Assembly: GCF_035084215.1 (NCBI RefSeq)
Contig: NW_027139558.1
Coordinates: forward strand, 1 to 64,000
Source: Heptranchias perlo
Lineage: Eukaryota
DNA: 64,000 nucleotides
Direction: 5' to 3'
Shown here in pieces: positions 13,306 through 26,890 of this stretch. Numbering within the stretch: the stretch's first letter is position 1; the number at the start of each line of letters is the position of its first letter. The notes beneath the pieces are model-generated. The model was not told the DNA's origin, did not search any database, and worked only from the letters and a program-made list of their open reading frames with translations. The position numbers and the translations under genes were made by a program.

Positions 13306-15345
13306 GGGCTCGATTTTAGGGTCGGGTTTCCAGCGGGGGGGCCCTGAAAATTCCGATATGAGGTCACGTGACCGGATCGCGCCGCGATCCCGACCACTTC
13401 CGGGTTCCCCGATGACGTGCGGGGCTGCGTGCGTGGCCCCCGCTGGTGGGAATCCCGCAGGCAATTAAAGCCAGCGGGGTTCCACTTGAGAGTACTTACC
13501 TTGCTTGTTGAGATCAGTTAATGAGCTGAATCAGCTGTCAAAAGAGGAAGTGTGGGATTTCACCTGCATCGCAGCGTGTTTCCCACACTGGGGGAAACAG
13601 TCTCTCTCCAACCAGGCGTGTTGCAGCCTGCAGCCTGTGGCAGGTGCCAAGGTGCACCCCACGGGGGAGAGCCCTCACCCACGCAGGAGGCCACCACGTC
13701 ACATAGGGCAACCCCTGCCCCCCACCACCCCCCGCCAAGCCAGAGGACAGACCGACACGAAACTGAAGCCCCAGTCCGAGGAACCACCCACCTACCCTGC
13801 ACAACCCCTCAGACCAACAACGGCCAGATGGGTGGTGCGTGGACACCCTCGGAGGACGAACAGCATGACCAGCCCCAGCAGCCTCGCAGTCCACGCCGTC
13901 CGCCGCAGAGACGTGGAGCCCCCCAACACGAGGTTGTTGCACGCCCACCTGCACAGCAGGAGGGAGGGCTACCGCAGAGAGAGACGCATCGCAGAGGGCA
14001 CTACCCTCGCCACATGGTCCACAGACCGAGGCGAAGCTCCCCGGACCTCTCCGAGCAGCAGTGCACACGGAGGCGCAGATTCGCTCGACATGTAGTCATG
14101 GAGATCTGCAGGCTCTTTCATGCCGAGCTGCTCCTGCCTGGCCCCAGCAACAAGTGCTTACCTGTCGCTGCCAAAGTCACCACTGCCCTCCACAACTTCT
14201 CCTCCGCATCCTTCCAGGGTGCAGCCGGCTACACCGCCGATGTCTCTCAGTGGTCTGCGCGGAAGAGCCCTGCAAATACACCTGCACCTACTCTGCAGTA
14301 ACACGATGGGTGGCATCAGTGGTGGGTCCTCATAGTGATACCCAGGAGCGGGCATTATTGGACACAACAGACAGTATTCGCGGAGACATGGCAGTGGTGG
14401 TGCCAATATAATGTGTGCTGTTTGTTGCTCTGAAATTCAATATGGGTACCACCAATGGCAAACCCTCCGACACCCTTGTGCATCCCCTTCATGCTCACGA
14501 AACATTTGCCTTACGCTGCCTACTGCACATATGTGATGCATGCCCTGTGGCTGCAGCACAGGTGGTGGCAGGTTGAGTGAGGCTGGCCGTGAGGGAGATG
14601 CACGAGAGGGTGAGTATGGGATAGAACCATGAGATTGTATGAGGATTGGGTCGCGTGTTAGTGGCAGGATGAGTACTGGCGAGGTGAGTAGGTGGAGGTA
14701 AGATGAGGATGGGGTTTGAGTGGGCATGAAGGGTGATGTGACAGAGTAGTGTTGGCGGTGCCGAAGGAGATGTGGGGTTGGGGCAGTGTTGTGGCAGATG
14801 GAGTGTAGGGGAAAGACTTCGTGTTCTCACTGTGGCTGACCTACTGAGGTCATTGCAGCGCCTCCTGCACTGTATGCAGGTGGGCGATATGTTGGTTGCG
14901 CAGGTGACCCCCTCTGCCACCTCGAGCCAGGCCTTCTTGGTGGCAGAGGCTGTCCGCTTCCTCCCCCCCGCCGGGTGGAAGATCTCTGTCTTCGCCCTCC
15001 TCCTCACCCCATCTGATGATACCTGGGGTGAGGCATCATTAAACTGGGAGCAGCCTTCCCCCTGGGCTGCTCCATGCTGAAATTTGTTCCATTGGTTGCA
15101 GCATCTGTCAGTGGAGGACTGCCCCTTTAACTAGAGAGCCTCCAGCTGACAGATCGTACTGCACATGCGCAGCCCGCCCGACGCGCAGACCAGCGGCGCG
15201 GACCCCGGAGTAGCAGGTAATTGATTCCTATTAGTGTGTTGCCTGCTACGATCGCGCGGGCAACCCACTAATTTCACCGAGCGTGTTGACCACGCTCCCG
15301 AAACCCAACCCGCCGGAAACCTGCAGGCCTGGTAAAATCGAGCCC
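13306..15345 (+). mobile_element. Internally deleted, related Harbinger nested inside the outer Harbinger
   Basis: TIRs gggctcgatttta (13306-13318) and taaaatcgagccc (15333-15345); 3-bp TSD AGA (13303-13305, 15346-15348); carries a degenerate transposase 5' part (about 13828-14300) and a Myb exon-1 remnant (about 14830-15075, minus). Confidence 0.92.
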
Positions 15346-15607
15346 AGACTGTTTCACCTACTGGGGGAAACAGTCTCACTCCAAACGGACGTGTTGCAGC
15401 CAGCAGCCTGTGGCAGCTGCCAAGGTGCACTCCACAGCGGGGGGGGGAGACCCCTCACCAACACAGGAGGCCACCCCGTCACATAGGGCAACGCCTGCCC
15501 TCCACCACCCCCCTCCAAGCCAGAAGAAACCCCGACGTGGAACCGCAGCCCCAGTGCGAGGAAACACCTACCTACCGTGCACAACCCCTCAGACCAACAC
15601 CTGACAG

Positions 15608-16828
15608 ATGGGGGCCGCCTCGACATCCTCGGAGGACGAACAGCATCATCAGCCCCAGCAGCCTCGCAGTCCACGCCGTCCGCCTCAGAGACGTGGAGCC
15701 CCCCAACACGGTGCTGCGGCACACCCACCTGCACAGCAGGAGGGAGGGCAACCGCAGAGAGAGCTGCATCGCAGGAGGCACTACCCTCCGCAAAGGGTCT
15801 ACAGACCGAGGACCAGCTTCATGGACCTCTCCGAGGAGCAGTGCATACGGAGGCTCAGAGTCAATCGGCAGGTAGTCGCCGACATCTGCAGCCTCCTTAA
15901 TGACGAGCTGCTCCCGGATGGACCAAGCAGCATCTTCCTACCCGTCGCCGTCAAAGCCACCACTGCCCTCAACTTCTTCGCATCCGGATCCTTCCAGGGT
16001 GCCACCGGGGACATCACCGGGGTCTGCCAGTCGTCTGCACACAAGTGCATAAGGCAGGTCACCGATGGTTTGTTCCACAGGGCCTCGCACTACATCAACT
16101 TCGCCATGGACGAGCGCAGCCAGATGTAGAGGGCGGTTGGATTCCATGCCATGGCTGGCTTCCCACGGGTGCAGGGTGTAATCGACTGCACCCACATCGC
16201 AATACGGGCACCTCCGCATGAGCCAGGGCTGTTCATCAACAGGAAGGGGTATCACTCCATGAACGCCCAGCTCATCTGTGACCACCGCCAGAGATTCCTA
16301 CACGTGTGCGCCAGATACCCCGGCAGCTGCCACGATGCCTTCATCCTCAGGGAGTCCACCGTCCCGCCCCTCTTCCACGCACCCAACACCGGCAACGGCT
16401 GGCTCCTCGGCGACAAGGGGTATCCCCTGCACACGTGGCTCATAACACCTCTGAGGAACCCCATCACCGAGCCGCAGCGTCGATATAATGACAGCCACAT
16501 TGCTACCAGGTCTACAATTGAGCAGACCATAGGGCTGCTCAAGATGCGCTTCAGGTGCCTCGATCGTTCTGGAGGAGCGCTCCAATACACGCCATTCAGA
16601 GTGGGACGAATCATAGTTGTCTGCTGTGCCCTGCACAACATGGCCCAACAGAGAGGGGTGCCGCTGGAGGAGGCCCCATCCACACCCGCCACCCACATTG
16701 AGGACGACGATGAGGAGGAGGAGGAAGAGGACGCGCCAGAGGATGATGTACGACCCGTGCGCCGAACACCGGCTCACCGTGATGCTCGCCAGGCCAGGGA
16801 GGCACTCATATGTCAACGGTTCTCCTAG
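15608..16828 (+). pseudogene. Harbinger (HARBI1-like) DDE transposase, 406 codons with one in-frame TAG
   Basis: ORFs 15608-16129 and 16151-16828 share a frame and are separated only by TAG at 16127-16129; catalytic motifs VIDCTH, LLGDKGY and [18 protein letters not shown] are present. Confidence 0.92.
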
Positions 16829-17127
16829 AGTCAGGCAGTCTGAGGCGCTCACATCTCATCACCTGCACATACGAGGGGCCATACCAGCCCCCTCCACAGA
16901 AGAGTGTTGCCAGTACTCCTGCACCCACAGTAGTGTGCCCAATAGGCGGCAGCAGGTGTTTGTCGTCATGATGGGCCGCACGGAACGCACCTATTGCACA
17001 GGCCGCAGAAGAATGGACGAGAGGTGGCAGGAGTGGTGAGAACGATTGTGTTTAATATGTACATGGTGAACGACTATAAACAAAAGGTGTACAAATGAAC
17101 AGACACCCTGGTGCATTCCCTTTGTGC

Positions 17128-18958
17128 TTATAACGCCCTTGGCTTTCGTTTACGGGAACCCCTACGTGGTGCTACCCCTGTGGCTCCAGCAGAGGTAGTG
17201 GCAGGTTGCTCCTGTTCTTGCCCTGACCGGGTAGATGCTTTGGGCCGACGGCCCCTGGGTTTCGGTGCCCGTGAGGGCACCTCCACAGACTGCTCCTCCT
17301 GCACCTGTGCAGGGGCAGACTCGGCCACCTGGAGAGGAGGCACCATTGCGGGTACTGGTTGAGAGGGGGGCAGCGGGTGGGACGTGGGGGCACCTTGAGT
17401 AGCGTCCCCGCTTCCATGTCCCCGTTCACCATCATCCCTCTCGTGGCCTCGGCCCACATCACCCCTTCCACCCTGCTGGACGACAGTTTGGATGGCATGT
17501 GTGAGGCCTTGCAAGGCCACCCCTAGTGTATCCGTCAGCCTGTTTATGGCGGCGGAATGTTGCTCACCCTGAATCCGTACAGCCATTGTCAGGGCCTGCA
17601 TGGACTCGATGTGGAGCAGTGCGTGACGCTCGAGGGAGGCTAGCCTGTCCTCCACCGCAGACGTTCCCGCACCTACCCGCGACACTATGTCGCCGATACC
17701 CTCCTGCGCCTGCGCCACCAATGCCCGCGTGCAGGAGTTGGACTCCTCCATCACCTGCGCGATTGTGGACAATGCGCGTGGCACCTCTCCCAGTACCTCG
17801 GCAATGCGCTGATGCCCCTCGACGACTCTCCTTTTGACTGGTGGCCCCCGGGGTTCAGCATCTGGGTCCGGCTGAGCAGAGCCTGGAGATGAGTGCTCCC
17901 ACCGACGCGGACCCTCCGCGGCTGCCCCTGCCACCAGGGTCTGCTCATGCTCACACGTGCGCGGTGACTCACCATGTGCAACCCCAACTATTTGGCGAGG
18001 GGGACCCACCGAGGTGTGTGTCTCTGCGCTGGCGGATGGTTGGCTCATATGTGACGATGCACCCTCAGAGACCGGCATGTCCTCTGAGGAATCGCCCTCC
18101 TCACACACAGCGCTCGCAGACGGCCCTGCAAGAGAACAGAGGGCACTGTGAGGCATGTGCACAAACGTTGCGGTGCGCCAGATGCCAGGTGATGATAAGG
18201 TCATTCGCGATCATGAGTGCTGAGTGTCAGTTTTCCCTTACCGGCCGTTTCTGCAGCGCCAGACTCGCCATCCGCCACGGAGAGGCAATGTTGCGTTCCG
18301 CTGATGTCGAGCGCCTCCACCTCTGCATCCGTAAGTTCCAGCACGTGCGGCGGGCCCCCTCCGGTGCGGGCCCTTTCTCGCGCGTTCTTGCATCTCTTCT
18401 CCTGTCAAGGCAAAACACAGATGCGTGAGTGAGTGCAGATTGCATAGTGAGACGCCTCAGGCATCGGTGTGGGTGGGTTGAGCGTGGGGCAGATGGATGG
18501 GAGGATGCGTGTGCCACATGCCCATCCCATTGCATGGGGATTGGGGTGTGTGGTAGTGTTTGAGTGGGGACAGGGAAGGTGGGTACTTGCGGGCACGGCG
18601 AGGATGGTGAGTGGCTGTGAGGATTGCTGCGGGAGGGCTGTGGTGGCTGTGCAGAAGGGGTTGTGATGTGTTTGGCGTGATGTTGGAGACGGGTTGTGGG
18701 AGGGTGCGTTGATGTACTCACCTTGCCGGACCTAGTGAGGTCATTGAATCGCTTTCGGCACTGCTCCCATGTCCTGGTGGTGTTGGACATGCTGATCTCG
18801 GCCGCCACCTCTGCCTATGCCTTCCTGGTGACGGAGCCAGGGCACTTGCGTCCGTCCGTCGGGAACAGCGTGTCCCTCCTCCTCCTCGCACCCTCCAGAA
18901 GCAGCTGCAGCACGAAGTCGGAGAACCGTGGCGCAGCCTTGCCCCTGGGGTGCGCCAT
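17128..18958 (-). pseudogene. Harbinger Myb/SANT-like DNA-binding partner, 3 exons (18722-18958, 18242-18401, 17128-18125), 464 codons, one TAG
   Basis: Exon 1 MAHPRGKAAPRFSD...TRKA*AEVAAEI...RTWEQCRKRFNDL; exon 2 EKRCKNARERARTGGGPP; GT-AG introns in compatible phases (0 and 1). TAG at 18815-18817 falls where the nested copy encodes W (KKAWLEVA). Confidence 0.85.
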
Positions 18959-19216
18959 GCTGTGATGCCTCTTGCTTGAAGCAGGAGGGGCTTTGGGGGA
19001 CTGCCCCTTTAAATGGAGCTCCACCATCGCGATAACGTTAATGCGCATGCGCAGCCCGCCGGCGCGCAGCTGGGGAGCGGAGAACCCGTAACCACGGCTG
19101 AATGGAATCAATTATCCCGCGATTGCGCGGGGGGCGCACTCATTTAGCCGTCCGCGTTTTCCACGCTCCCGAAGGACCACCCGCTGGGAACCCGCAGGCC
19201 TGCTAAAATCGGGCCC

Positions 19217-20536
19217 CATTTGTTCTCTGGTGGGGTTACGTGTAGCGTGACATGAACCCAAGATCCCGGTTGAGGTCGTCCTCATGGGTGCGGAACTTGG
19301 CTATCAATTTCTGCTCGACGATTTTGCGTTGTCGAGTGTCTCGAAGGCCGCCTTGTGTAGGGGGTGGTGGTGTGTGTCAGCTTCACCTCTGACTTCTGAT
19401 CGGTCCGAATCGCTCCCACTCCCTGGGTTCTAGACCTTGGACTTATTTGGGGGTTGTGACAAAGTGCAGCAGACAACTGATTTTGGTGCAAGAAACTTTG
19501 ACCTTTATTCAAGAGAGGAAATACAACACAACAATCTTAACGCTCTAATAAAATGGGGAACACTTCAGTACACGCGAGGGAAATTACAGTCGGAGGGATA
19601 CCTCACCCCTCCCAATCCCACTGTACTAGCTAGGTTGGACTCTAAAGGACCAGGGATAATGCTCACCAAACGAAACCTTGACAGTAATTCACCCAGAGGT
19701 AAGTCAGAAAATAGATTGTAGAGTGGAAACTTTGCGGATCTTCGGTTTTCTCCCGAGTTGGTTTTCTTTGGTCGCGGTGGCTCAATATTACCTGGTTGGT
19801 TGGTGGTAATATTCGGTTGGTTGTTTCGTAAGGCCCTTGTTGCCGCGAGGTGTCTGATGGTCAATGGGACTGTTGCTCTGGTTTCTTCTTGTGTGTCGGC
19901 CTGCTTCTAGAGCTGCTGTCCTTCCCTGTCAAACTGCTCTCCTTGTTGTCTGCTGGAAACTGCTCTTCTTTCCAGACACAGGTAGAACCAAGACAAGCAG
20001 CCCACCACAGCCAGCAAGCCAGAGAGAGAGAGAGCTTTCGCCTTGAGGCTGTCTCTCTTACAATGGTCTGTTTAAAACAGTTCTTACAAAGTTCTTTGAT
20101 GGCCTTTTGATGGTCCCAATCATATTGCAAATTGCTTCTCCCAATGTGTCATTGTTTTAATTCTGATTTAGAGCTTATCACATAAGGCTTCCTTTTGTAT
20201 CCAACGTCCTAGGTGTTGATGGTTTTTGCTTTAAACAAAGGCATGGCCCCACCATGTCTGGAAAAAGTTGCCTCTTTCAATGGGAGTGATTGTCGACCCC
20301 CTGCGGTCGGTTTTGCATTAAAACAGAGACATGTCTGAAGCAGTAATTCTCCCACCTTCCATGTGTGGGTTGTGGATTCGTCTGGTGACCTCTCAACTAT
20401 CCTTCCATTTTAGGATTATAGTCAATGGCCAAAGTTTTCCCATACTCAGGGAAAAGGTGAATTTCTTTCGGGTTTTTCTCTGAGTTTTTGGGGGATCTGT
20501 GAATTTTGAGAATCTTACACTTGGAGTACGCTTACC
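19217..20536 (-). mobile_element. Inverted Penelope segment (about 152 bp: 19217-19355 plus 20524-20536), split by a solo LTR
   Basis: Reverse complement of 12869-13020 with about 3 mismatches; joins directly to plus-strand Penelope copy B. Confidence 0.9.
19356..20519 (-). mobile_element. Solo LTR (1164 bp; ERV- or Gypsy-type)
   Basis: TGTAGG...CTTACA termini; 4-bp TSD CTTG (19352-19355, 20520-20523); removing it restores the Penelope sequence gccgccttggagtacg. A minus-strand AATAAA near 19504-19509 suggests the orientation. Confidence 0.85.
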
Positions 20537-22759
20537 AACTCTCAACCTGTACTCAGGACACAGCAGACCAGCGACGAGATACCGCCAAACAGACGAGGCT
20601 GCCTACATGAAAACCAAGAGCAGGAAGCTTGAGAAACTCGGCATCACCACCAGCATCGACCAAGCTTCCCCAGGTACCACGGTTGCAACCACAGGGAAGT
20701 CTATCGTCAATTTGTCCGACCACACCCTTCAACCAGACGAAATCGAAGTTCTCAGCCGAGGGCTCAATTTCTGCCCCACTACCAAAATGGACCCCATTAG
20801 TCTCGCGGCGGACACAGAGGAATTCATCAGGAGAATGAGGCTCCAGGAATTCTTCCACAAACCCCAAAATTCCAGCAGCGAACCCAATGAGACAATCAAC
20901 GATCCGGAACAGCAGACAGAGGGATCCGCGGTACAGCAACCGAAGAGGAAAGAGTCAAACTGGACTCCGGAGGGTCACTGCCCTCAGCTTGACATGCATG
21001 CTCAAGCTGTCAGGAAATGCGTCAATGCCAGATTCATCAGGCGCACTCAGAAGACAGTCCAGAATGTCACCCGAGCACAACGCAACGCCATCAACGCTCT
21101 CAAGACCAACCGCAACATCGTCATCAAACCAGCGGACAAAGGAGGAGCCATAGTCGTACAGAACAGAACGGACGATTGCAAAGAAGCATACCGACAACTG
21201 GACAACCAGGAACACTACAGACGGTTACCCGCAGATCCGACCAAAGAACACACCCACCAGCTCAACAAACTGATCAAGACCTGCGATCCAGACCTTCAAA
21301 GCATCCTACGCGCTCTCATCCCACGTTCTCCCCGCGTGGGAGACTTCTACTGCCTCCCAAAGATACACAAAGCCAACACACCCGGACGTCCCATCGTATC
21401 AGGCAACGGAACCCTGTGTGAGAACCTCTCTGGATACATCGAGGGCATCCTGAAACCCATCGTACAGGGAACCCCCAGCTTCTGTCACGACACTACAGAC
21501 TTCCTACAAAAACTCAGTACCCACGGACCAGTTGAACCAGGAACACTTCTCACCACGATGGACGTCTCGGCACTCTACACCAGTATCCCCCACGATGACG
21601 GCATCGCTGCGACAGCATCAATACTCAACACCAACAACAGCCAATCTCCAGACGCCATCCTACAACTCATCCGCTTCATCCTGGATCACAATGTCTTCAC
21701 CTTCGACAACCAGTTCTTTACCCAAACACACGGAACAGCCATGGGGACCAAATTCGCACCCCAATACGCCAACATTTTCATGCACAAGTTCGAGCAGGAC
21801 TTCCTCACTGCACAGGACCTCCAACCAACGCGAAACACCAGATACATCGACGACATTTTCTTTCTGTGGACCCACGGCGAAGAATCACTAAAGAGACGAC
21901 ACGATAACATCAACAAGTTCCATCCCACCATCGAGCTCACCATGGACTACTCCTCAGAATCAGTTTCTTTCTTGGACACACGAATCTCCATCAAAGACGG
22001 GCACCTCAGCACCTCACTCTACCGCAAGCCCACGGACAACCTCACGATGCTCCACTTTTCCAGCTTCCACCCCAACCACGTCAAAGAGGCCATCCCCTAT
22101 GGACAGGCCCCACGAATACACAGGATCTGCTCAGACGAAGAGGAACACGACGGACACCTACAGACGCTGAAAGACGCCCTCGTAAGAACGGGATATGACG
22201 CTCGACTTGTCGATCGACAGTTCCGACGGGCCACAGCGAAGAATCGCACAGACCTCCTCAGACGACAAACACAGGACGCAACCAACAGAGTACCCTTCGT
22301 CGTCCAGTACTTCCCCGGAGCAGAGCGGAAACTACACCATGTTCTCCGCAGCCTTCAACATGTCATCGATGACGACGAACACCTCGCTAAGGCCATCCCC
22401 ACGCCTCCACGACTCGCCTTGAAACAGCCACCCAACCTCAAACAGACCATCGTTCACAGCAAATTACCCAGTTTTCAGGAGAACAGCGTCCACGACACCA
22501 CACAACCCTGCCACGGCAACCTCTGCAAGACATGCCAGATCATCGACACGGATACCACCATCACACGAGAGGACACCACCCACCAGGTGCATGGTTCATA
22601 CTCCTGTGACTCGGCCAACGTTGTCGACCTCATACGTTGCAGGAAAGGATGCCCCGGAGCATGGTACATTGGCGAGACCATGCAGACGCTGCGACAACGG
22701 ATGAACGGACACCGCGCAACAATCGCCAGACAGGAGGGTTCCCTCCCAGTCGGGGAACA
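20537..22759 (+). mobile_element. Penelope-like element copy B (longer 5' part, RT, GIY-YIG truncated at its 3' end)
   Basis: ORF 20499-22769 has SIVNLS...VLSRGLNFCP, RT motifs (TRYIDD) and WYIGET; it stops abruptly at ...cggggaaca, where the minisatellite resumes. Confidence 0.95.
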
Positions 22760-25700
22760 ATTAGTATAATGTCTGAATCCTCTGCAAATATTAGTGCAAT
22801 CTCTGGATCTCCTGCAAATATAAGTAAAATCTCTGGATCCTCTGTAAATATTGGTGCAATCTCTGGCTCCCCTGTAAATATTAGTACAATCTCTGGCTCC
22901 CCTGTAAATAGTAGTACAATCTCTGGATCCCCTGTAAATATTAGTACAATCTCTGGATCCCCTGTAAATATTAGTACAATATCTGGCTCCCCTGTCAATA
23001 TTAATACAATCTCTGGCTCCCCTGTAAATAGTAGTACAATCTCTGGATCCCCTGTAAATATTAGTACAATCTCTGGATCCCCTGTAAATATTAGTACAAT
23101 ATCTGGCTCCCCTGTCAATATTAATACAATCTCTGGCTCCCCTGTAAATAGTAGTACAATCTCTGGATCCCCTGTAAATATTAGTACAATATCTGGCTCC
23201 CCTGTCAATATTAATACAATCTCTGGATCCCCTGTAAATATTAGTACAATCTCTGGATCCCCTGTAAATATTATACAATCTCTGGATCCTCTGTAAATAT
23301 TAGTACAATCTCTGGATCCCCTGTAAATATTAGTACAATCTCTGGATCCCCTGTAAATATTAGTACAATCTCTGGATCCCCTGTAAATATTAGTACAATC
23401 TCTGGATCCCCTGTAAATATTAGTACAGTCTCTGGATCCCCTGTAAATATTAGTACAATCTCTGGATCCCCTGTAAATATTAGTACAATCTCTCGATCCC
23501 CTTTAAATATTAGTACAATCTCTGGATCCCCTGTAAATATTATACAATCTCTGGATCCTCTGTAAATATTAGTACAATCTCTGGATCCCCTGTAAATATT
23601 AGTACAATCTCTGGATCCCCTGTAAATATTAGTACAATCTCTGGATCCCCTGTAAATGTTAGTACAATCTCTGGATCCCCTGTAAATATTAGTACAATCT
23701 CTGGATCCCCTGTCAATATTAGTACAATCTCTAGATCCCCTGTAAATATTAGTACAATCTCTCGATCCCCTTTAAATATTAGTACAATCTCTGGATCCCC
23801 TGTAAATATTAGTACAATCTCTCGATCCCCTTTAAATATTAGTACAATCTCTAGATCCCCTGTAAATATTAGTACAATCTCTAGATCCCCTGTAAATATT
23901 AGTACAATCCCTGGATCCCCTCAAAATATTAGTACAATCTCTAGATCCCCTGTAAATATTAGTACAATCCCTGGATCCCCTCAAAATATTAGTACAATCT
24001 CTGGATCACCTGTAAATATTAGTGCAATCTCTGGATCCACTGTAAATATTAGTACAATCTCTGGATCCCCTGTAAATATTAGTACAATCTCTGGATCACC
24101 TGTAAATATTAGTGCAATCTCTGGATCCACTGTAAATATTAGTGCAATCTCTGGATCCACTGTAAATATTAGTACAATCTCTCGATCCCCTTTAAATATT
24201 AGTACAATCTCTAGATCCCCTGTAAATATTAGTACAATCTCGAGATCCCCTGTAAATATTAGTACAATCCCTGGATCCCCTCAAAATATTAGTACAATCT
24301 CTAGATCCCCTGTAAATATTAGTACAATCCCTGGATCCCCTCAAAATATTAGTACAATCTCTGGATCACCTGTAAATATTAGTGCAATCTCTGGATCCAC
24401 TGTAAATATTAGTACAATCTCTGGATCCCCTGTAAATATTAGTGCAATCTCTGGATCCACTGTAAATATTAGTACAATCTCTGGATCCCCTGTAAATATT
24501 AATACAATCTCTCGATCCACTGTAAATATTAGTACAATCTCTGGATCCCCTGTAATTTTTAGTACAATCTCTCGATCCCCTGTAATTTTTAGTACAATCT
24601 CTGGATCCCCTGTAAATATTAGTACAATCTCTCGATCCACTGTAAATATTAGTACAATCTCTGGATCCCCTGTAAATATTATTACAATATCTGGATCCTT
24701 TGTAAATATTAGTACAATCTCTGGGTCCCCTACAAATATGAGTGCAATCTCTGGATCCTTTGTAAATATGAGTACAATCTCTGGATCCCCTGTGAATATT
24801 AATACATTCTCTTGTTCCCCTGTAAATATTAGGACAATCTCTGGATCAGCTGTAAATATTAGTACAATCTCTGGATCCCCTTTAAATATTAGTACAATCT
24901 CTGGATCAGCTGTAAATATTAGTACAATCTCTGGATCCCCTGTAAATATTATTTCAATCTCTGGATCCCCTGTAAATATTAATACAATCTCTGGATCCCG
25001 TGTAAATATGAGTGCAATCTCTGGATCCTTTGTAAATATGAGTACAATCTCTGGATCCCCTGTGAATATTAATACATTCTCTTGTTCCCCTGTAAATATT
25101 AGGACAATCTCTCGATCCACTGTAAATATTAGTACAATCTCTGGATCCCCTGTAAATATTAATGCAATCTCTCGATCCACTGTAAATATTAGTACAATCT
25201 CTGGATCCCCTGTAAATATTAGTACAATCTCTAGATCCACTGTAAACATTAGTACAATCTCTGGATTCCCTGTAAATATTAATACAATCTCTCGATCCAC
25301 TGTAAATATTAGTACAATCTCTGGATCCCCTGTAAATATTAGTACAATCTCTCGATCCCCTTTAAATATTAGTACAATCTCTGGATCCCCTGTAAATATT
25401 AATGCAATCTCTAGATCCACTGTAAATATTAGTACAATCTCTGGATCCCCTGTAAATATTAGTACAATCTCTAGATCCACTGTAAACATTCGTACAATCT
25501 CTGGATCCCCTGTAAATATTAATACAATCTCTCGATCCACTGTAAATATTAGTACAATCTCTGGATCCCCTGTAAATGTTAGTACAATCTCTCGATCCAC
25601 TGTAAATATTAGTACAATCTCTGGATCCCCTGTAATTTTTAGTACAATCTCTCGATCCCCTGTAATTTTTAGTACAATCTCTGGATCCCCTGTAAATATT

Positions 25701-26890
25701 AGTACAATATCTGGATCCCGTGCAAATATTAATACAATCTCTGGATCACCTGTAAATATTAATACAATCTCTGGATCACCTGTAAATATTAGTACAATCT
25801 CTCGATCCACTGTAAATATTAGTACAATCTCTGGATCCCCTGTAAATATTAATACAATCTCTTGATCCACTGTAAATATTAGTACAATCTCTCGATCCCC
25901 TGTAATTTTTAGTACAATCTCTGGATCCCCTGTAAATATTAGTACAATCTCTCGATCCACTGTAAATATTATTGCAATCTCTGGATCACCTGTAAATATT
26001 ATTACAATATCTGGATCACCTGTAAATATTAGTACAATCTCTGGATCACCTGTAAATATTAGTACAATCTCTGGATCCCCTGTAAATATTAGTACAATCT
26101 CTGGATCACCTGTAAATATTAGTACAATCTCTGGATCCCCTGTAAATATTAGTACAATCTCTGGATCCCCTGTAAATATTAGTACAATCTCTGGATCACC
26201 TGTAAATATTAATACAATCTGTGGATCACCTGTAAATATTGGTACAATCTCTGGATCCCCTGTAAATAGTAGTACAATCTCTTGATCCCCTCTAAATATT
26301 AGTGCAATCTCTGGATCACCTGTAAATATTGGTACAATCTCTGGATCCCCTGTAAATATTAGTACAATCTCTGGATCCCCTCTAAATATTAGTGCAATCT
26401 CTGGATCCCCTGTAAATATTAATACAATCTCTGGATCACCTGTAAATATTAGTACAATATCTGGATCACCTGTAAATATTAGTACAATCTCTGGATCCCC
26501 TGTAAATATTAGTACAATATCTGGATCCCCTGTAAATATTAATACAATCTCTGGATCACCTGTAAATATTAGTACAATCTCTGGATCACCTGTAAATATC
26601 AGTAGAATCTCTGGATCCCCTGTAAATATTAGTACAATCTCTGGATCCCCTGTAAATATTAGTACAATATCTGGATCCCCTGTAAATATTAATACAATCT
26701 CTGGATCACCTGTAAATATTAGTACAATCTCTGGATCACCTGTAAATATTAGTACAATCTCTCGATCCCCTGTAAATATCAGTAGAATCTCTGGATCCCC
26801 TGTAAATATTATTACAATCTCTGGATTACCTGTAAATATTATTACAATCTCTGGATCCCCTGTAAATATGAGTACAATCTCTGGATCTCT
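22760..26890. repeat. 30-bp minisatellite, right array (about 137 units)
   Basis: Same consensus as 4721-11125. Confidence 0.98.

Larger units (their letters stand above)
13025..19216 (+). mobile_element. PIF/Harbinger DNA transposon (outer element), 17-bp perfect TIRs
   Basis: gggcccgattttagcag at 13025-13041 and ctgctaaaatcgggccc at 19200-19216; contains convergent transposase and Myb/SANT genes; flanks are tat/cat (imperfect 3-bp TSD). Confidence 0.93.
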
